A stretch of 45,659 nt of DNA, from positions 1-45,659 of the forward strand of contig JYFJ02003159.1 of assembly GCA_000934665.2 (NCBI GenBank), in the 5' to 3' direction. Shown in pieces: positions 34,545 to 45,659 of the stretch. Numbering within the stretch: position 1 is the first letter of the stretch; every line of letters begins with the position of its first letter. The notes beneath the pieces were generated by a model that was not told where the DNA came from, ran no database searches, and was given only the letters and a program-made list of their open reading frames with translations. The translations under genes and the position numbers were made by a program. Source of the DNA: Catajapyx aquilonaris (taxonomy: Eukaryota).

Positions 34545-36628
34545 ATGGCATTGTTGCTGGTTCTTTCTGTGTGTCTTCTGGCCAATGGCGCCAGTGGACT
34601 TGCACCAGTTTCTGCCGAACTTCATGAAGAGTCTTTGGTTGCGGAGTTTGTTGAGCTGGTGCAGAAGGACAAGCCGGACAGCGTCGTTGTTGTTGTCCAC
34701 GATTATGATATCCTTCCCAAGCCGTTCGAGACGATGTTGTCCAAACTGAACCGCGACCAGAACATAGTGACTCCACTCAGATGGACGCCCGCGACGCCCG
34801 AGCCGCCTCCAAACACCGGACAAGGCAACTTCGAGTACTGGTTCTCATGGATGACCCGAGCATCGCAGAAGAACCTGGCCAACCACGTGCTGACAGTCAT
34901 GCTGTTCAGAGACGTTAATCTGAAGAGGATGATCGAGCACGTCTTCAGCGTCGTGGCCATCCATCCTGCCACTGACCGATTTCTATTCTGGAGCCGAGAC
35001 GGAAACACAACCGGTGCTCTTCTGCACCCAAGAGCAGACGTGTTCCTGTACCTGATGGGCTGCCAGTACGACACCAGCTCCAGGTCAATCCGTGTCCTTC
35101 ACAACTGTCACTATTGCGATTCAGGCAACCCAAAGGTGATCCAAGTGGGTGAGTTCGTCCCATACCACGGTCTGATCCCTTCAGACCTTTTACTGTATCC
35201 GGACTACACCAGAAACCTGCATGGAAAGTACCTGAACGGCAGCTTCCCTCTGGACGTGACCCCATCCGAGATGAAGTACATGCACGAATCATTCCTTCCC
35301 ATATTTCCGTTCTGTTGGATCTACTACGACGTCGGTGAGCGGATAAACTTCAACTGGCACATGGACATGACCCCCATTGTCGAAGGAGAGGACATTGAGT
35401 TCGAACAGCCGGACGGAAACTGGACAGGAAGCACAGGACTAGTGTTGCAGAAGACAGTCGACTTTGCCGGTAAGGAACTTACGACATCATAAAATAATTA
35501 TTGTACTACATGTGCTTGGTGTATTTATCGTCCAAGGTGCTCCGACGTCTGCCCGTAAGCTCCAAGTGATCGACTGTGTGTACCCGCACGTGTTTACGTA
35601 CATGGCCTTCTTAAACCGAACCCCGCGTCCACTGTGGTCCTGGAAGGCCCTGATGCAGCCGTACACTCCTGGAATGTGGGGACTCATCTTCCTGTCCGCT
35701 GTCTTCGGAAGCATCGCCTTCTACACGATGCTCAAACTCCATTCGTACATGGAAAGCCCGTTTCCATCGCAGCCTCCAACGCATCTCTCGCTCTACTCAA
35801 CCAGGTAAGTGAACCGGGTCCGGACCCGGATCCAGTTCACTATAACTGTAGCCTACCCCAACTTGCAGATACATCTTCTCGGCCGTGATTGAAGAGAATC
35901 CGAATCTGATCCCGACAGCATCTGGAGCCAGGGTGTTTCTGATATTCTGGTGGTTGTATGCTGACGTCATAGTTTGCGGATTCGAGGCCAAGTTCATAGG
36001 GTTCCTGGTGGCTCCTGAGATGGAGCTGCTTCCGATGGACTACAAGGAGATGGTCCAATGGCCCGGATGGAGATGGGGCTGCATCAATTTCGTCAAGCCT
36101 TTCGTCGACGGGATGGTTGCAGACTCGGTTCTTCCTGAGCACCAGCCTCTTCTGAAGAAGATGGAGGACGGAGGAGACATGCTTCGTTGCATGATCCGGA
36201 CAGTGACGGAAGACTTCTCATGCATGGGTCTGACCGAGATACTTCTGGCCATGAAGTTCACCCACATTGACCTGATGGGCAACTTTCCAGCAGAAGAAGT
36301 GGAGAAAACGACCATATTCGTCCAGGGGGCCATGACCTTAGCCAAAAACTCCATGATCACTCCGATCTCCTGGAGAATCGCTCTGTACTCAAACGCAGCC
36401 GGTTTGCATGAGGAGTACAGGGTGCTTTTTGAGAACGCATGTGGTATTATGGGTCTGAAGGAGGCCAGAAAGACCAGGAGGATCTACGAGTACTCAATGA
36501 AGCTGCAGTTCAGCCAGATGAAAGGTCCGTTCGTCATGTTGGTCATTCTGCTGTCCGCCAGCACCCTGAGCTTCTTGGCCGAGGTGGTCAGCTTCAGGAA
36601 TAGAAAGAGGCCTGATTCGGCTGACTAG
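34545..36628 (+). CDS. Divergent ionotropic receptor (IR, iGluR-related chemoreceptor), 3 exons
   Basis: Exons 34545-35469, 35537-35804 and 35869-36628. Signal peptide MALLLVLSVCLLANGASG; NLHGKYL, DGNWTGSTGLV..VDFA (S1), WKALMQPYTPGMW (M1), SGARVFLIFWWLY (M2/M3), LQFSQMKGPFVML..FLAEV (last TM). TATAAAA at 34502. Confidence 0.88.
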
Positions 36629-37309
36629 AAGTCATCAGAAAACATTTTGGCACCTAGGACCTACTTATAAAATATAAGGTTTTTGTTCCGGTTATCACTG
36701 TTTCTTTTGACGTCCTTATTGCGTTTACGTAATTTTTCATGGCATCAGCACTTGATGATACAGTATGTTGCAAGTTTATTGTTTGACTACACATTTATAG
36801 CGTTATTTCCTCAGTTTGATAACCACGCTTTGAGTAGGGTAACGTAGGTCGCCTGCAATATTTCAATGTGTGCGTCGTGATTAGATTACGTATATTAAAA
36901 GCTTCTGTGAGAGTCAATTAATACCGGTATAGTGAAAGAAGAGATGTCACAATCACTTTAGTCCCTAATTGAATCGGTGAGCATCAAGTCCGTTTATGGT
37001 AACTTGTAATTAGGATATGGTAGCACAAAATATGAAGATTGTCTATCCAACCCGACCCAACTCTATTATGCAAATAAAAATATGGCACATGATCAATGTT
37101 ATTATTGTCCCTTTTTTGCAGTGTGCTTCTGTTGCGTCTTCTAGAACTGTTTTGTAAGCGGTACACACCTATAAATTAGGATTGTGTCTGTTCCATTTTA
37201 TTGTCCAGCTTTCACGGTAGCCTAAAACCTTTTATCAGATGGAATTACATGATGTCCTATAGTATATAAGTGAACATGTCTATCCTCCAATAGTCCGTCC
37301 TCATTCAGG

Positions 37310-38970
37310 ATGGCGTCCACAACAACAGTGTCGTGGAGGACGTGCACTGTCCTGTTCATCTCGCTTTTTTCATGTAAATTGCGACTGGGTCATTATTATC
37401 TTATTTTAAAACAGTACGTGACAAATCATCTTTTTCCGCAGCATTTTACGCACAGTCAGATCTGACAGTGGTGAATTCGACTACCTTTGTAGTGGTTGGC
37501 CCAGACGAAAACACGACTGTCTTGTACGCGAAAGTGGATACGCCAGTTAAGAGATGTCTTTTCAAAGGTCCAAACTACGAAGAGTTCATTATCGATAAGG
37601 AAATCCACTCCCCTGACATTGAGGTGGTCGCAAACCTCACAGACGGATGGTGTGCAGCCAAGTTCTTGTACATGAGCTACTATTTCAATGGAAATTGGAC
37701 CATTGAAATCATACCTGAATCGCCTGACTATGCGATGGCAAATGCAAACATGACGCTGCTGATTGCACGTAAGCAGTACTTGTTAATGGGCTGGCGATTT
37801 TCAATAATTCGTGATCATTTGGTTACAGATGTGCCAATCATTATGCTACTGACTCCAGAGGAAATTGTTGTCAACAACTCTCAATATGTCGAGATTCAAT
37901 GCGTTGCTTGGTACTCTCGTCCTGCAGCGAACTTGAATTGGACTCTCGGTAAGCGTTGGTTACTTACAAGTCAGTCAGTCATCTGATTCTTATTTTGTTA
38001 TGCAGATGACGAACCTCTTCAAGGCATTTTCACCCAGTCTTACAGCAACAGCTCAAATGAGTTTGAGTACAGTACGTATCAGAGTTACATCGGCAAATTT
38101 GGACCTGAACAACACGGAAAGACTTTCCGCTGCAATGGATCAATCAATGGATTCCCAGACACCTACACTCAATCATCAATCACTGTTCACTGTAAGCTCA
38201 TTTTGTAGCTCATCCTATATGCCTGCTTATTTGGCTGTGATCAGTTCCTCCCCAGAACATGACGCCAAACGATCAGCCTCAAGAATTTGGCCCATTTCCT
38301 CTGGGCCAAAAGGCGAATTTCACTGCTCTCATATTCGCAAACCCTGAACCAGATGTTATCTGGGACCTTCCCAGTGGAGAAGGACAATTATTGGCAGGAA
38401 ACACCACTTCTGATGGTAGAGTTACATCCAATCGACTGGAACCAGTACCAGACAAGGTATGTGGCACCGACTTTAAATTAAAATTTACCGACGTTAATTT
38501 GTACGCAGCCTGGATTCTACGGAGCGGAACTGATTGTCTGGAATTTGCAAGAGAGCGATTGCGGAGTAACATTTTATCTGAACGCTACGAATGACTATGG
38601 ATACTATGCATATCCTATTGTTATAATTGGTGAGGGAGGAACAACTACTACAGATCAACCTGAAACGACGACGGGACATCACGAGCACATTGTCATCGAC
38701 ATTGACATTGAGGAGTAAGTTTTGTGCATATCCGTAAATGTTGCAATGTAATACGAGTATAGGCCTACAATATTAATCTATACATATTTTTGAAAGCTAA
38801 AAATGCAGAATAATCAGAGACATACTAGAAAAATTTACCCAATTTCTTCGCATGTTGTTACAGCGGTTTTACTGATAATTACACCATTGTACGATACAAC
38901 TAGCAAAGTATAAAACCTCTTTTCCCCCAGGAAAATCCACATTGACGAGTGGCGTGAATTCAACGACTAA
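37310..38970 (+). CDS. Secreted Fasciclin-3-like immunoglobulin-domain protein A (no TM segment)
   Basis: Signal exon MASTTTVSWRTCTVLFISLFS. Ig-like exons RCLF..GWCAAKF..NGNW, IQCVAWYSRPAANLNW..FRC and FANPEP..W..LQESDC. Thr-rich linker, then terminal HHEHIVIDIDIEEKIHIDEWREFND* (38970). TATATAAG at about 37263. Confidence 0.72.
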
Positions 38971-39665
38971 CAAGCAGTCCTGCTGATTAAGTGTGGGAAA
39001 TATGCGGTTTTACCTCCAATTAGTCATCACCTCATATGGTACTGTGCCAGTGAAATACGAGAACAAGTTTCACGATATTCTTTGCTGGAAAAATAAAAAC
39101 ACTGGGTCTACAATTTTTCTTCTTCTAATGCCTGTAATTCAAAATTATCTGCAGTAAAATTTTCATGAATTTTATTATGGTTCTCATTCAGACATTTGTT
39201 GCATTATAGCAAAATAAGCCGACAATTATTATTCGGGGCTGCGTGACGTCACTGGAGATGCGCGTCACACATAAATTATCTCTTTATGTTTTATAGGCAA
39301 AGTACAGAGCAGAAAACACTTACACAGTAAATAAAGTGATGAACCGCTTTTTACAATCATTTTGAGCTTTAGATTTGAAATCATATAATACTGCATTTAT
39401 ACAGTATACAATGTGTCTCAACTTTTTTTGTCCCAACAGTTGTTATCGGAAATATTGCACTAAGCTCTTTCGGTTGCAGTATGCAATATAGGTTCAAGAG
39501 CTTTGCGTTGCAAAAAACAAATTCACCTTTCAAGTTATTATCTTCGTTATCACCTAAATTTACGGGCTCAGATAAAACATTGAATTCCAGGAAGTGCCAT
39601 AAGTGTCGTCGTGCACATATAAGTGGACCTCTGTCTCTATAGATGGCATTCGGTCTTTTTCAAGG

Positions 39666-41653
39666 ATGGCATCCACAACAGCAACAAATCTTTGGAAGAC
39701 TTGCTCTGTTGTTCTTCTCTGCTTCAGCACTCTCTATACAAGTACTACACTGGTTTGATATTTTAAAGCAATCTTGAGTTTTTAAAGTGAGTAGGCCTAT
39801 AAATGAACATACTTTCAGCATGCTGCGCAGCGATGAAGGTTGTTGATGAACCACGAGTGGTAAATTCTAGTTCGACAGTTGTGGTTACGCCAGGAGATAC
39901 GACTTTTGTCATGTATGCGAAGGTTGATGTGTCACTTGACAGATGCCTCTACACAACACCTAAGGGCGAAGTAACTTTCACTGTTACTAAAGATGTCAGA
40001 ACTTCAAGCAAAAATGTGTTGGATGTAGGAGACCTGGCAGTTGGATGGTGTGCGGCCAAGTTCTTGAACATTAGACACGAGGATAATTACTACGGAAACT
40101 GGACCATTAGTCTTATACCTGATAATTCTTATGCCGGCGGGATGGCGACTACAGTTGTTCCTGTGCTGATTGCCAGTAAGCATTATTTTTAGTTGCATGC
40201 TGGCTGATTTTCAAAAGCACTGCCTTATTTTGTGATAATTTGGTTACAGAACAACCTGAAGCGCTGTTAATGTGGCCAAATGAAATTGTTGCGAACAGTT
40301 CTGACTACGTCGAGATTCAATGCCTGGCTGTGAACTCACGGCCTGCAGCCAACTTGACTTGGAGTGTTGGTGAGCTCATTCATTTTGGTTTACATAATGC
40401 GTACTTATAATGCGATCTAATTGATTTAGGTGACTTGCCTCTTCGTGGGAACTTCTCTGCGCTTGCCACCAATATGTCCGAAGACTTTGAATACAGCTCC
40501 TTCCAGAATTATTATAGCAGATTTGGGCCTGAATATCACGGGAAATCACTTCGCTGCAACGCATCCATTCCCGGATTTTCAGACAAATATACCGAAGCAC
40601 CAATTACTGTTTTTTGTGAGTACTGTAATTTGAGAAAATAAGAAACGATGAAACTCATGACTGTTTAACATCTTCTCCTGGCCAGTTCCTCCCCAGATTG
40701 TGACGCCCAACAACAACCCTCAAGAATTTGGCCCATTTTCCCTGGGTCAAATGGCGAACTTCGGTGCTCTAATATTTGCAAACCCTGAACCATTTAACGT
40801 CACCTGGCATCTTCCAGGTGGCGAAGGTACTCTAGAGGCTGGAATGAGTACATCTGATGAAAGGTTCACATCCCGTACACTGGTTCCTGTACCAGACAAG
40901 GTAAGGCTTGCACTGTCAGACCAGCCATAAAAGTACGGATAAGTAAATCGAACCAAAAATATTTTTATTAACTATACATCAGTAATAAATCTTATTTTTA
41001 TGCAGCCTGGATATTATCGAGCTCCTTTGACTGTCTGGAATTTACGCGAGAGTGATTGCGGGACAGTATTTTACATTATCGCTGTGAATAAATATGGAAG
41101 CCTTCATTATCCAATTGTCATAATAGGAGACACACCAGCTACTACTACTAGTGGGCCGGAAAGTACTACTCCAACTGATGGCCATCACGAACACATTGTT
41201 TTCGATATTGACGTGGAAGGGTAAGTTTTATCGTATCAGTAGCAGATTATTAAGGTGCATGTAATACGTCATGATTGTAATACCACATTTAATTAGCTAC
41301 ACTGTACTCCCGATTATCCGGGCTAATGAATACACGGGTAATGCCGGATAATTGCCCTACTGCCATATTTTCGGACTTATATTTATTTTCATTTGTTTTG
41401 GAGGCGCACGGATAATCCGCAAGCCGGATAATCGGGAGTACAGTGCAATTGTATTAAATGGGCACTCGCCAAAAATTAAATCCTGTGCAGGTAAAGTACA
41501 GAACGATCATTACCAGTGTGTAAATCTCGATTAAAGCACTAAAGGGTGTTAACATTTAGATTTTAGATTGTTGCATAGTCCGCAAAACTAACTGCAGGCA
41601 ATTTGTCCTTCAGGAAAATCCATATTGACGAGTGGCTGGAATCCGGAAAGTAA
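39666..41653 (+). CDS. Secreted Fasciclin-3-like immunoglobulin-domain protein B (tandem paralog of A)
   Basis: Same exon order and phases as protein A: MASTTATNLWKTCSVVLLC, GWCAAKF, IQCLAVNSRPAANLTW, FANPEP, LRESDC, HHEHIVFDIDVEGKIHIDEWLESGK* (41653). Confidence 0.72.
41300..41445. mobile_element. MITE with perfect 22-bp TIRs in the last intron of Fas3-like B
   Basis: CACTGTACTCCCGATTATCCGG ... CCGGATAATCGGGAGTACAGTG, preceded by TA, with internal CGGATAAT subrepeats. Confidence 0.8.
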
Positions 41654-41829
41654 CAAGAAATAATATGTCATATTGTTGGTAACACGTGACTTTAGCTGGA
41701 AATAGTAATTCATATAGTTTTGGTGTAGTCCCTGTGCAAGAATTGACGCCTATTGAAATAAATGCCTTGCAGGCAAAAAAATATATATTCCATAATTCGC
41801 AGCAGAAATTGAGCATGTTTTTTTTTACT

Positions 41830-41990
41830 CAGCCTGGATTCTACGGAGCGGAACTGATTGTCTGGAATTTGCAAGAGAGCAATTGTGGAGTAACTTTTTA
41901 CATGAACGCTACGAATGACTATAGATACTATACGCATATCCTATTGTCAGAATATTGCTGGAAAAAGAAAAACACTGCTGGGTCTACAAA
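41830..41990 (+). pseudogene. Remnant of a third Fas3-like paralog (one exon fused to 3'UTR)
   Basis: Near-identical to 38508-38625 (PGFYGAELIVWNLQES), joined directly to sequence resembling 39080-39115. Has a frameshift and no upstream exons. Confidence 0.7.
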
Positions 41991-42002
41991 TTATTTTTTA
42001 TA

Positions 42003-42670
42003 ATGGAGTTTGTGCTTCTGATCGGTCGTCTCCCTGTGATGCCCAAGTACTTAGCAATGTTCTCCATTAGTTCTACGCAACTATTCCTCGTCTTTATCTA
42101 TGTCCCTGATTGGTTTCGTCATTACCTTACTTCTTCATGTCATTCAATTTTTGCGATTATGACGATGAAGGGAACAGTGTTGGGTGTGCCAAAGGTGTGT
42201 TCAACAGTCCCCAAAAGGTAGGTGGATCTCAAGATGCTGTCGAGGATGCTATAGGTGAGCTCAACTTTGACGATCAGGACATCAAGACTCTTGCCTTCAC
42301 TGCCAATCTATTCTTCTTCGTCGTCCTCATGTTCATGGACCTTCTGAACGCTTTGGCCGTCAACGACACGCAGGCAATTTACGACGAGGCTGAAGTGTAC
42401 AGTCACATTCTTGGTCACATTGCACTGGTCAAACTTGTGTGCTACATTGAAACTTACTTCTTCGGCAACAAAAAAGGGACAGTAACTGTGAGTACAATGG
42501 TAAAGGCTGCTGCAACTGACACTACTCCCTTATTACGAGACATATTAACAGCACACGATCGAACGTATTTGCTTCCGTGTAAATTCAACCCGGCAGAAGA
42601 AGACAGCAAGCAAGACCTACAGCATGGCCACCGCAATGGAGCGTCTCCTCATTTTGCGCCAGTCCAAAGG
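42003..42670 (+). pseudogene. Painless/TRPA-like TRP channel fragment (S4-S6 and post-S6), frameshifted
   Basis: MEFVLLIGRLPVMPKYLAMF in one frame, then in another frame F-NSP..IGELNFDD..LFFFVVLMFMDLLNALAVNDTQAIYDEAE..YIE. This resembles the Painless/TRPA S6 motif NLLNGLAVSDTQ-I---AE. No ankyrin or N-terminal exons are visible upstream. Confidence 0.7.
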
Positions 42671-43389
42671 GACATACACTCAAGGCAGCCATGTCACTCA
42701 TGATTTCTCCAATACCTCCCAACCAAACTTGGATCTGGATGATGGAAAACACCAGCCATGGCCTGCATCTTGTCATTGCATAATAGAGCACGTTGCTAAA
42801 CTCAACGCTCGGTGGCCAACTGCAGAAAGTAAGCAAGTCATTGTTTGAAATAATATCCAACAATTTTTAAACAGTGACTTGTTTACTTCCTGCAGTGGCA
42901 GCCACTGTGAGTTTATAGCGACGTGCTCAATTGGTTCCAAGACAACAATCATTGAACACGACGCATGTCGCAATGGTTACAAAGCGTTGCCAAGAGACGA
43001 CTGAAGCCAACAATTTGTTGCAACAGAAATCATGAGGGGCAGGTTCTTGGTGTATACTGTATATACAACTGATTCGGTATTTCATCTAAATCGAACTGTA
43101 AGTTTAGTTCTCCACTTTGAATTAGATCGCAACACATTCTCCTTATACGCATGCAATCGGTCACAATCTTATTACTCCTCTCATTGCACCAAGTGCAATC
43201 AGTGACATTGTTGAAACCGGTTTCATGCGAAAGTGAATATTAGAAAAGGGTGATTCATGGCCATTGTGTCAAGACAGTTCCGTAAAATAATTGTACTCCT
43301 CAGGTCATAGATTCAAGTGTGAAGGCTTGGAGTCTAGATTTATTACGCTTCAGGAACTTCAAATACATTCCCTAAATTAAAATAGAGAC

Positions 43390-44949
43390 ATGCCACGACG
43401 AAACACATTTCCTCGTCTGGAACAACTGGCCCTCAAGTCCTTCGTCCAGCTGGTGACCAGATGCTGCCAGACACTACCGAAGGGACACAACAGTGAGATC
43501 GAAGCTCTTTCCAGCTCCATCCCAGTCACCCTGGCCGATGACTACATGAAGGAGTTCATCTCGTCGTATGGTCGGGAGTGGCCCGGAGTCAACATCCGCA
43601 ACGCCATGTGTCCCTCGTGCACCCACCTCACCCTCTGGTTCACCGAAACGGACCTGGAGGTGGCCAGAAACCTGGACCGGCTGAAGCACCTCACCTGCCT
43701 AACGATGACGTATGACGGATTCTCCTCGAAATCCAGGGCACACGTCATTACTAAGGCAGTGGCCAAGCACCTGCCCAGACTCCAGAGGCTGAAGTGTCTC
43801 CGACTGGGAGTGAAGGTCACGGACGACATGAAGCTCATTGAGAAGGTGGCGAAGTACTGCCCTCTGTTGGAAGAGCTGTCGTTCGAGTGGGGGATGTCCC
43901 GCAATCAGCAGGTGACACTGGGGAGCTGCCAGGAATTGAAGAGTGTGTGTGTCCAGTACAGAGGTAAGTCTGCGAGAGATGTGCTGGTCATCCTGCAGAC
44001 CGTCCCTCAGCTGGACACATTGACGATCTGGCGCGATAGTCTGGCGACGTCATTGGTTGAAGCTTGCCATGGGCCATATCGCCTTCGGAGACTGGAGGTC
44101 ATACCTGATTCCGGGATTGTAAATGATGTTGAGTTTCTGGTGCGTCACTTCCCAGAACTGCAGGAGGTGAGGCTGAACAGGTGCGACGACCTGTCGCCAA
44201 TCAACAGCATGGTGCACGGGAAGGAACTGGCCTTGAGAGAATGCACCTCGGAGCAAGTCTCGGTAGTAGATAGCGCCGTGTTCTGTCGCCTTGTGAGACT
44301 CCAACTCACTCTTGTTCCAGATCTGCAAAAGGTACTTGGAGTAATCAGCGGCCCATTGCAAGGCATGGAAACGCTGGAGCTGACTCTCTGCGAACAGGTC
44401 GATCTGGTGCAGGTCAACAACCTGTTCCCCAATTTGACGAGTCTTGACCTGATGTGCAACCAGTTTACCAGCATCGCGAGAAACAAAGACAACCCTTTCG
44501 TGCATTTGAAGATCCTTATGATTGTGATGGATGATGATAACGCTTTTGGTATACACCATCTGGCTAACTTGCTGGGTCACTCTTGTGGTCTGGAGGTTCT
44601 GCATATAAGTGATATAAGACAGAACTACGCCCTGGATGACTCCACTGTCCACTCCCTGCTTCAGCGCAACCCAATGATCAAGCTGAAAGAATTAGATTTG
44701 TCCAGCCACCGCCTGACCCCATCTGTCACATCAGTGATCTTCGATTACTTTGGGAAAGACCTGGAGTACGCACGTTTTGACGGTGAGCAGATGAGGGACT
44801 TACCGAACGGTTTCATTACTTCGATGAGAGAGAAGTTGAAGCCATACTTCTTGGAGTTGAGAATCGGGTGTGACCCCGGGCGTGACGTGGTATTCACATG
44901 CCAGGCGGGCAGATGCTCCTTATCAGGTGTATCACATGACGAGTTGTGA
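43390..44949 (+). CDS. Intronless leucine-rich-repeat protein with N-terminal BC-box-like motif (putative Elongin BC-Cullin E3 substrate receptor)
   Basis: 519-aa uninterrupted ORF with repeated LxxLxL motifs (LKHLTCLTM, LQRLKCLRL, CPLLEELSF, FPELQEVRL, FPNLTSLDL, LKELDLS). N-terminus PRLEQLALKSF followed by IPVTL; AATAAA shortly after the stop. Confidence 0.8.
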   Translation: MPRRNTFPRLEQLALKSFVQLVTRCCQTLPKGHNSEIEALSSSIPVTLADDYMKEFISSYGREWPGVNIRNAMCPSCTHLTLWFTETDLEVARNLDRLKHLTCLTMTYDGFSSKSRAHVITKAVAKHLPRLQRLKCLRLGVKVTDDMKLIEKVAKYCPLLEELSFEWGMSRNQQVTLGSCQELKSVCVQYRGKSARDVLVILQTVPQLDTLTIWRDSLATSLVEACHGPYRLRRLEVIPDSGIVNDVEFLVRHFPELQEVRLNRCDDLSPINSMVHGKELALRECTSEQVSVVDSAVFCRLVRLQLTLVPDLQKVLGVISGPLQGMETLELTLCEQVDLVQVNNLFPNLTSLDLMCNQFTSIARNKDNPFVHLKILMIVMDDDNAFGIHHLANLLGHSCGLEVLHISDIRQNYALDDSTVHSLLQRNPMIKLKELDLSSHRLTPSVTSVIFDYFGKDLEYARFDGEQMRDLPNGFITSMREKLKPYFLELRIGCDPGRDVVFTCQAGRCSLSGVSHDEL

Positions 44950-45070
44950 ATAATTATGCGGAAAGGCGATTTTCGACGACAAAATTCATTGATTAAAATA
45001 AAAAGCTATATAAATAAACATGTTGTTACACATTTTGTCAATATATTATAAGTTATTTTGTGTGACAAGT

Positions 45071-45271
45071 TTAACGTGACACCAAGGGACTGACCAGGAC
45101 ACCACTGGTAATACTGCTGTTGACGAGCAGTACTGGGGGTAGAATTCCGTAACATTTCAATCGTGTAACAGAATAGTTGTCCACGTAGAGCTGCAGAAAT
45201 CCAGTGTCCACCTGCCATGTGATGGTGAACCTCTTCAGGTTCACGCTGTCCTCGGGCAACGGGCGTAGAAC
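45071..45271 (-). CDS. Possible terminal exon of a convergent gene lying beyond the window
   Basis: AG acceptor then an open frame VLRPLPEDSVNLKRFTITWQVDTGFLQLYVDN..VSR* with coding-like composition; no family recognised. Confidence 0.3.
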   Translation of the reverse strand, partial: VLRPLPEDSVNLKRFTITWQVDTGFLQLYVDNYSVTRLKCYGILPPVLLVNSSITSGVLVSPLVSR

Positions 45272-45286
45272 CTGCCAACCGCTTCA

Positions 45287-45338
45287 CCGGTTGGGACAGT
45301 CGCGTACCGGTTAACCGGTACGCGACTGTCCCAACCGG
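45287..45338. repeat. Perfect 52-bp palindrome with no spacer
   Basis: CCGGTTGGGACAGTCGCGTACCGGTT|AACCGGTACGCGACTGTCCCAACCGG. Confidence 0.9.
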
Positions 45339-45659
45339 ATCGTATAAACGTATATCGTACGCATATCGTACAAAAAGTCATGAAAAGTGAGAGTAAAAGC
45401 AGTTTATGTGTTCAACATGTAGTCTACTTTTTAATTTTTTGACGCATTATATATTGTCTCTTTCTGACTTACGCTCTTTCCCATGTCAACGTCTCAATTA
45501 TTTTACATCCCATCAGCTGAGGTATTGATGAGTATTACCGACGCGACGTCTAAATAACAATACATTTTTATTCATGTGCGATCCTCAAATAATGGAGCTC
45601 AACCTATTCAATAATTGAATAAGCGGGCGCGGCGATTAAAAAGTGTTAGACTCTACAGT

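Noticed and set aside
44050..44652. 200-aa antisense ORF inside the LRR gene, and similar antisense ORFs over the IR and kinase exons
   Set aside because: These are shadow ORFs of GC-rich coding sequence with no motifs.

Overview
Eukaryotic genomic DNA with many short introns, most likely from an arthropod (inferred from the ionotropic receptor, Painless/TRPA-like, Fasciclin-3-like, PVR-like and peritrophin-A genes). It reads as a rapidly evolving innate-immunity locus. From 0.9 to 21.6 kb on the minus strand there is a tandem array of seven cGAS-like receptor (cGLR/Mab-21 nucleotidyltransferase) loci: five apparently intact and two pseudogenes. The array also contains a small secreted chitin-binding (CBM14) gene and NF-kB-type GGGATTTCC(C) sites upstream of several copies. 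One cGLR ends in a CaaX prenylation box (CIIA). From 22 to 33 kb (minus) are two PVR/VEGFR-type receptor tyrosine kinases. One has the canonical 7-Ig ectodomain. Its tandem duplicate has the first six Ig domains replaced by two EPN-type C-type lectin domains (SP-CTLD-CTLD-Ig-TM-kinase), a candidate carbohydrate-sensing RTK. From 34 to 45 kb on the plus strand are a divergent ionotropic receptor, two secreted Fasciclin-3-like Ig proteins with a conserved His/acidic tail, a Painless/TRPA-like pseudogene fragment and an intronless BC-box LRR gene. Several MITE-like inverted repeats are scattered through the window. All exon structures were assembled by eye from splice signals and reading-frame phase, with no transcript data, so 5' ends are the least certain.
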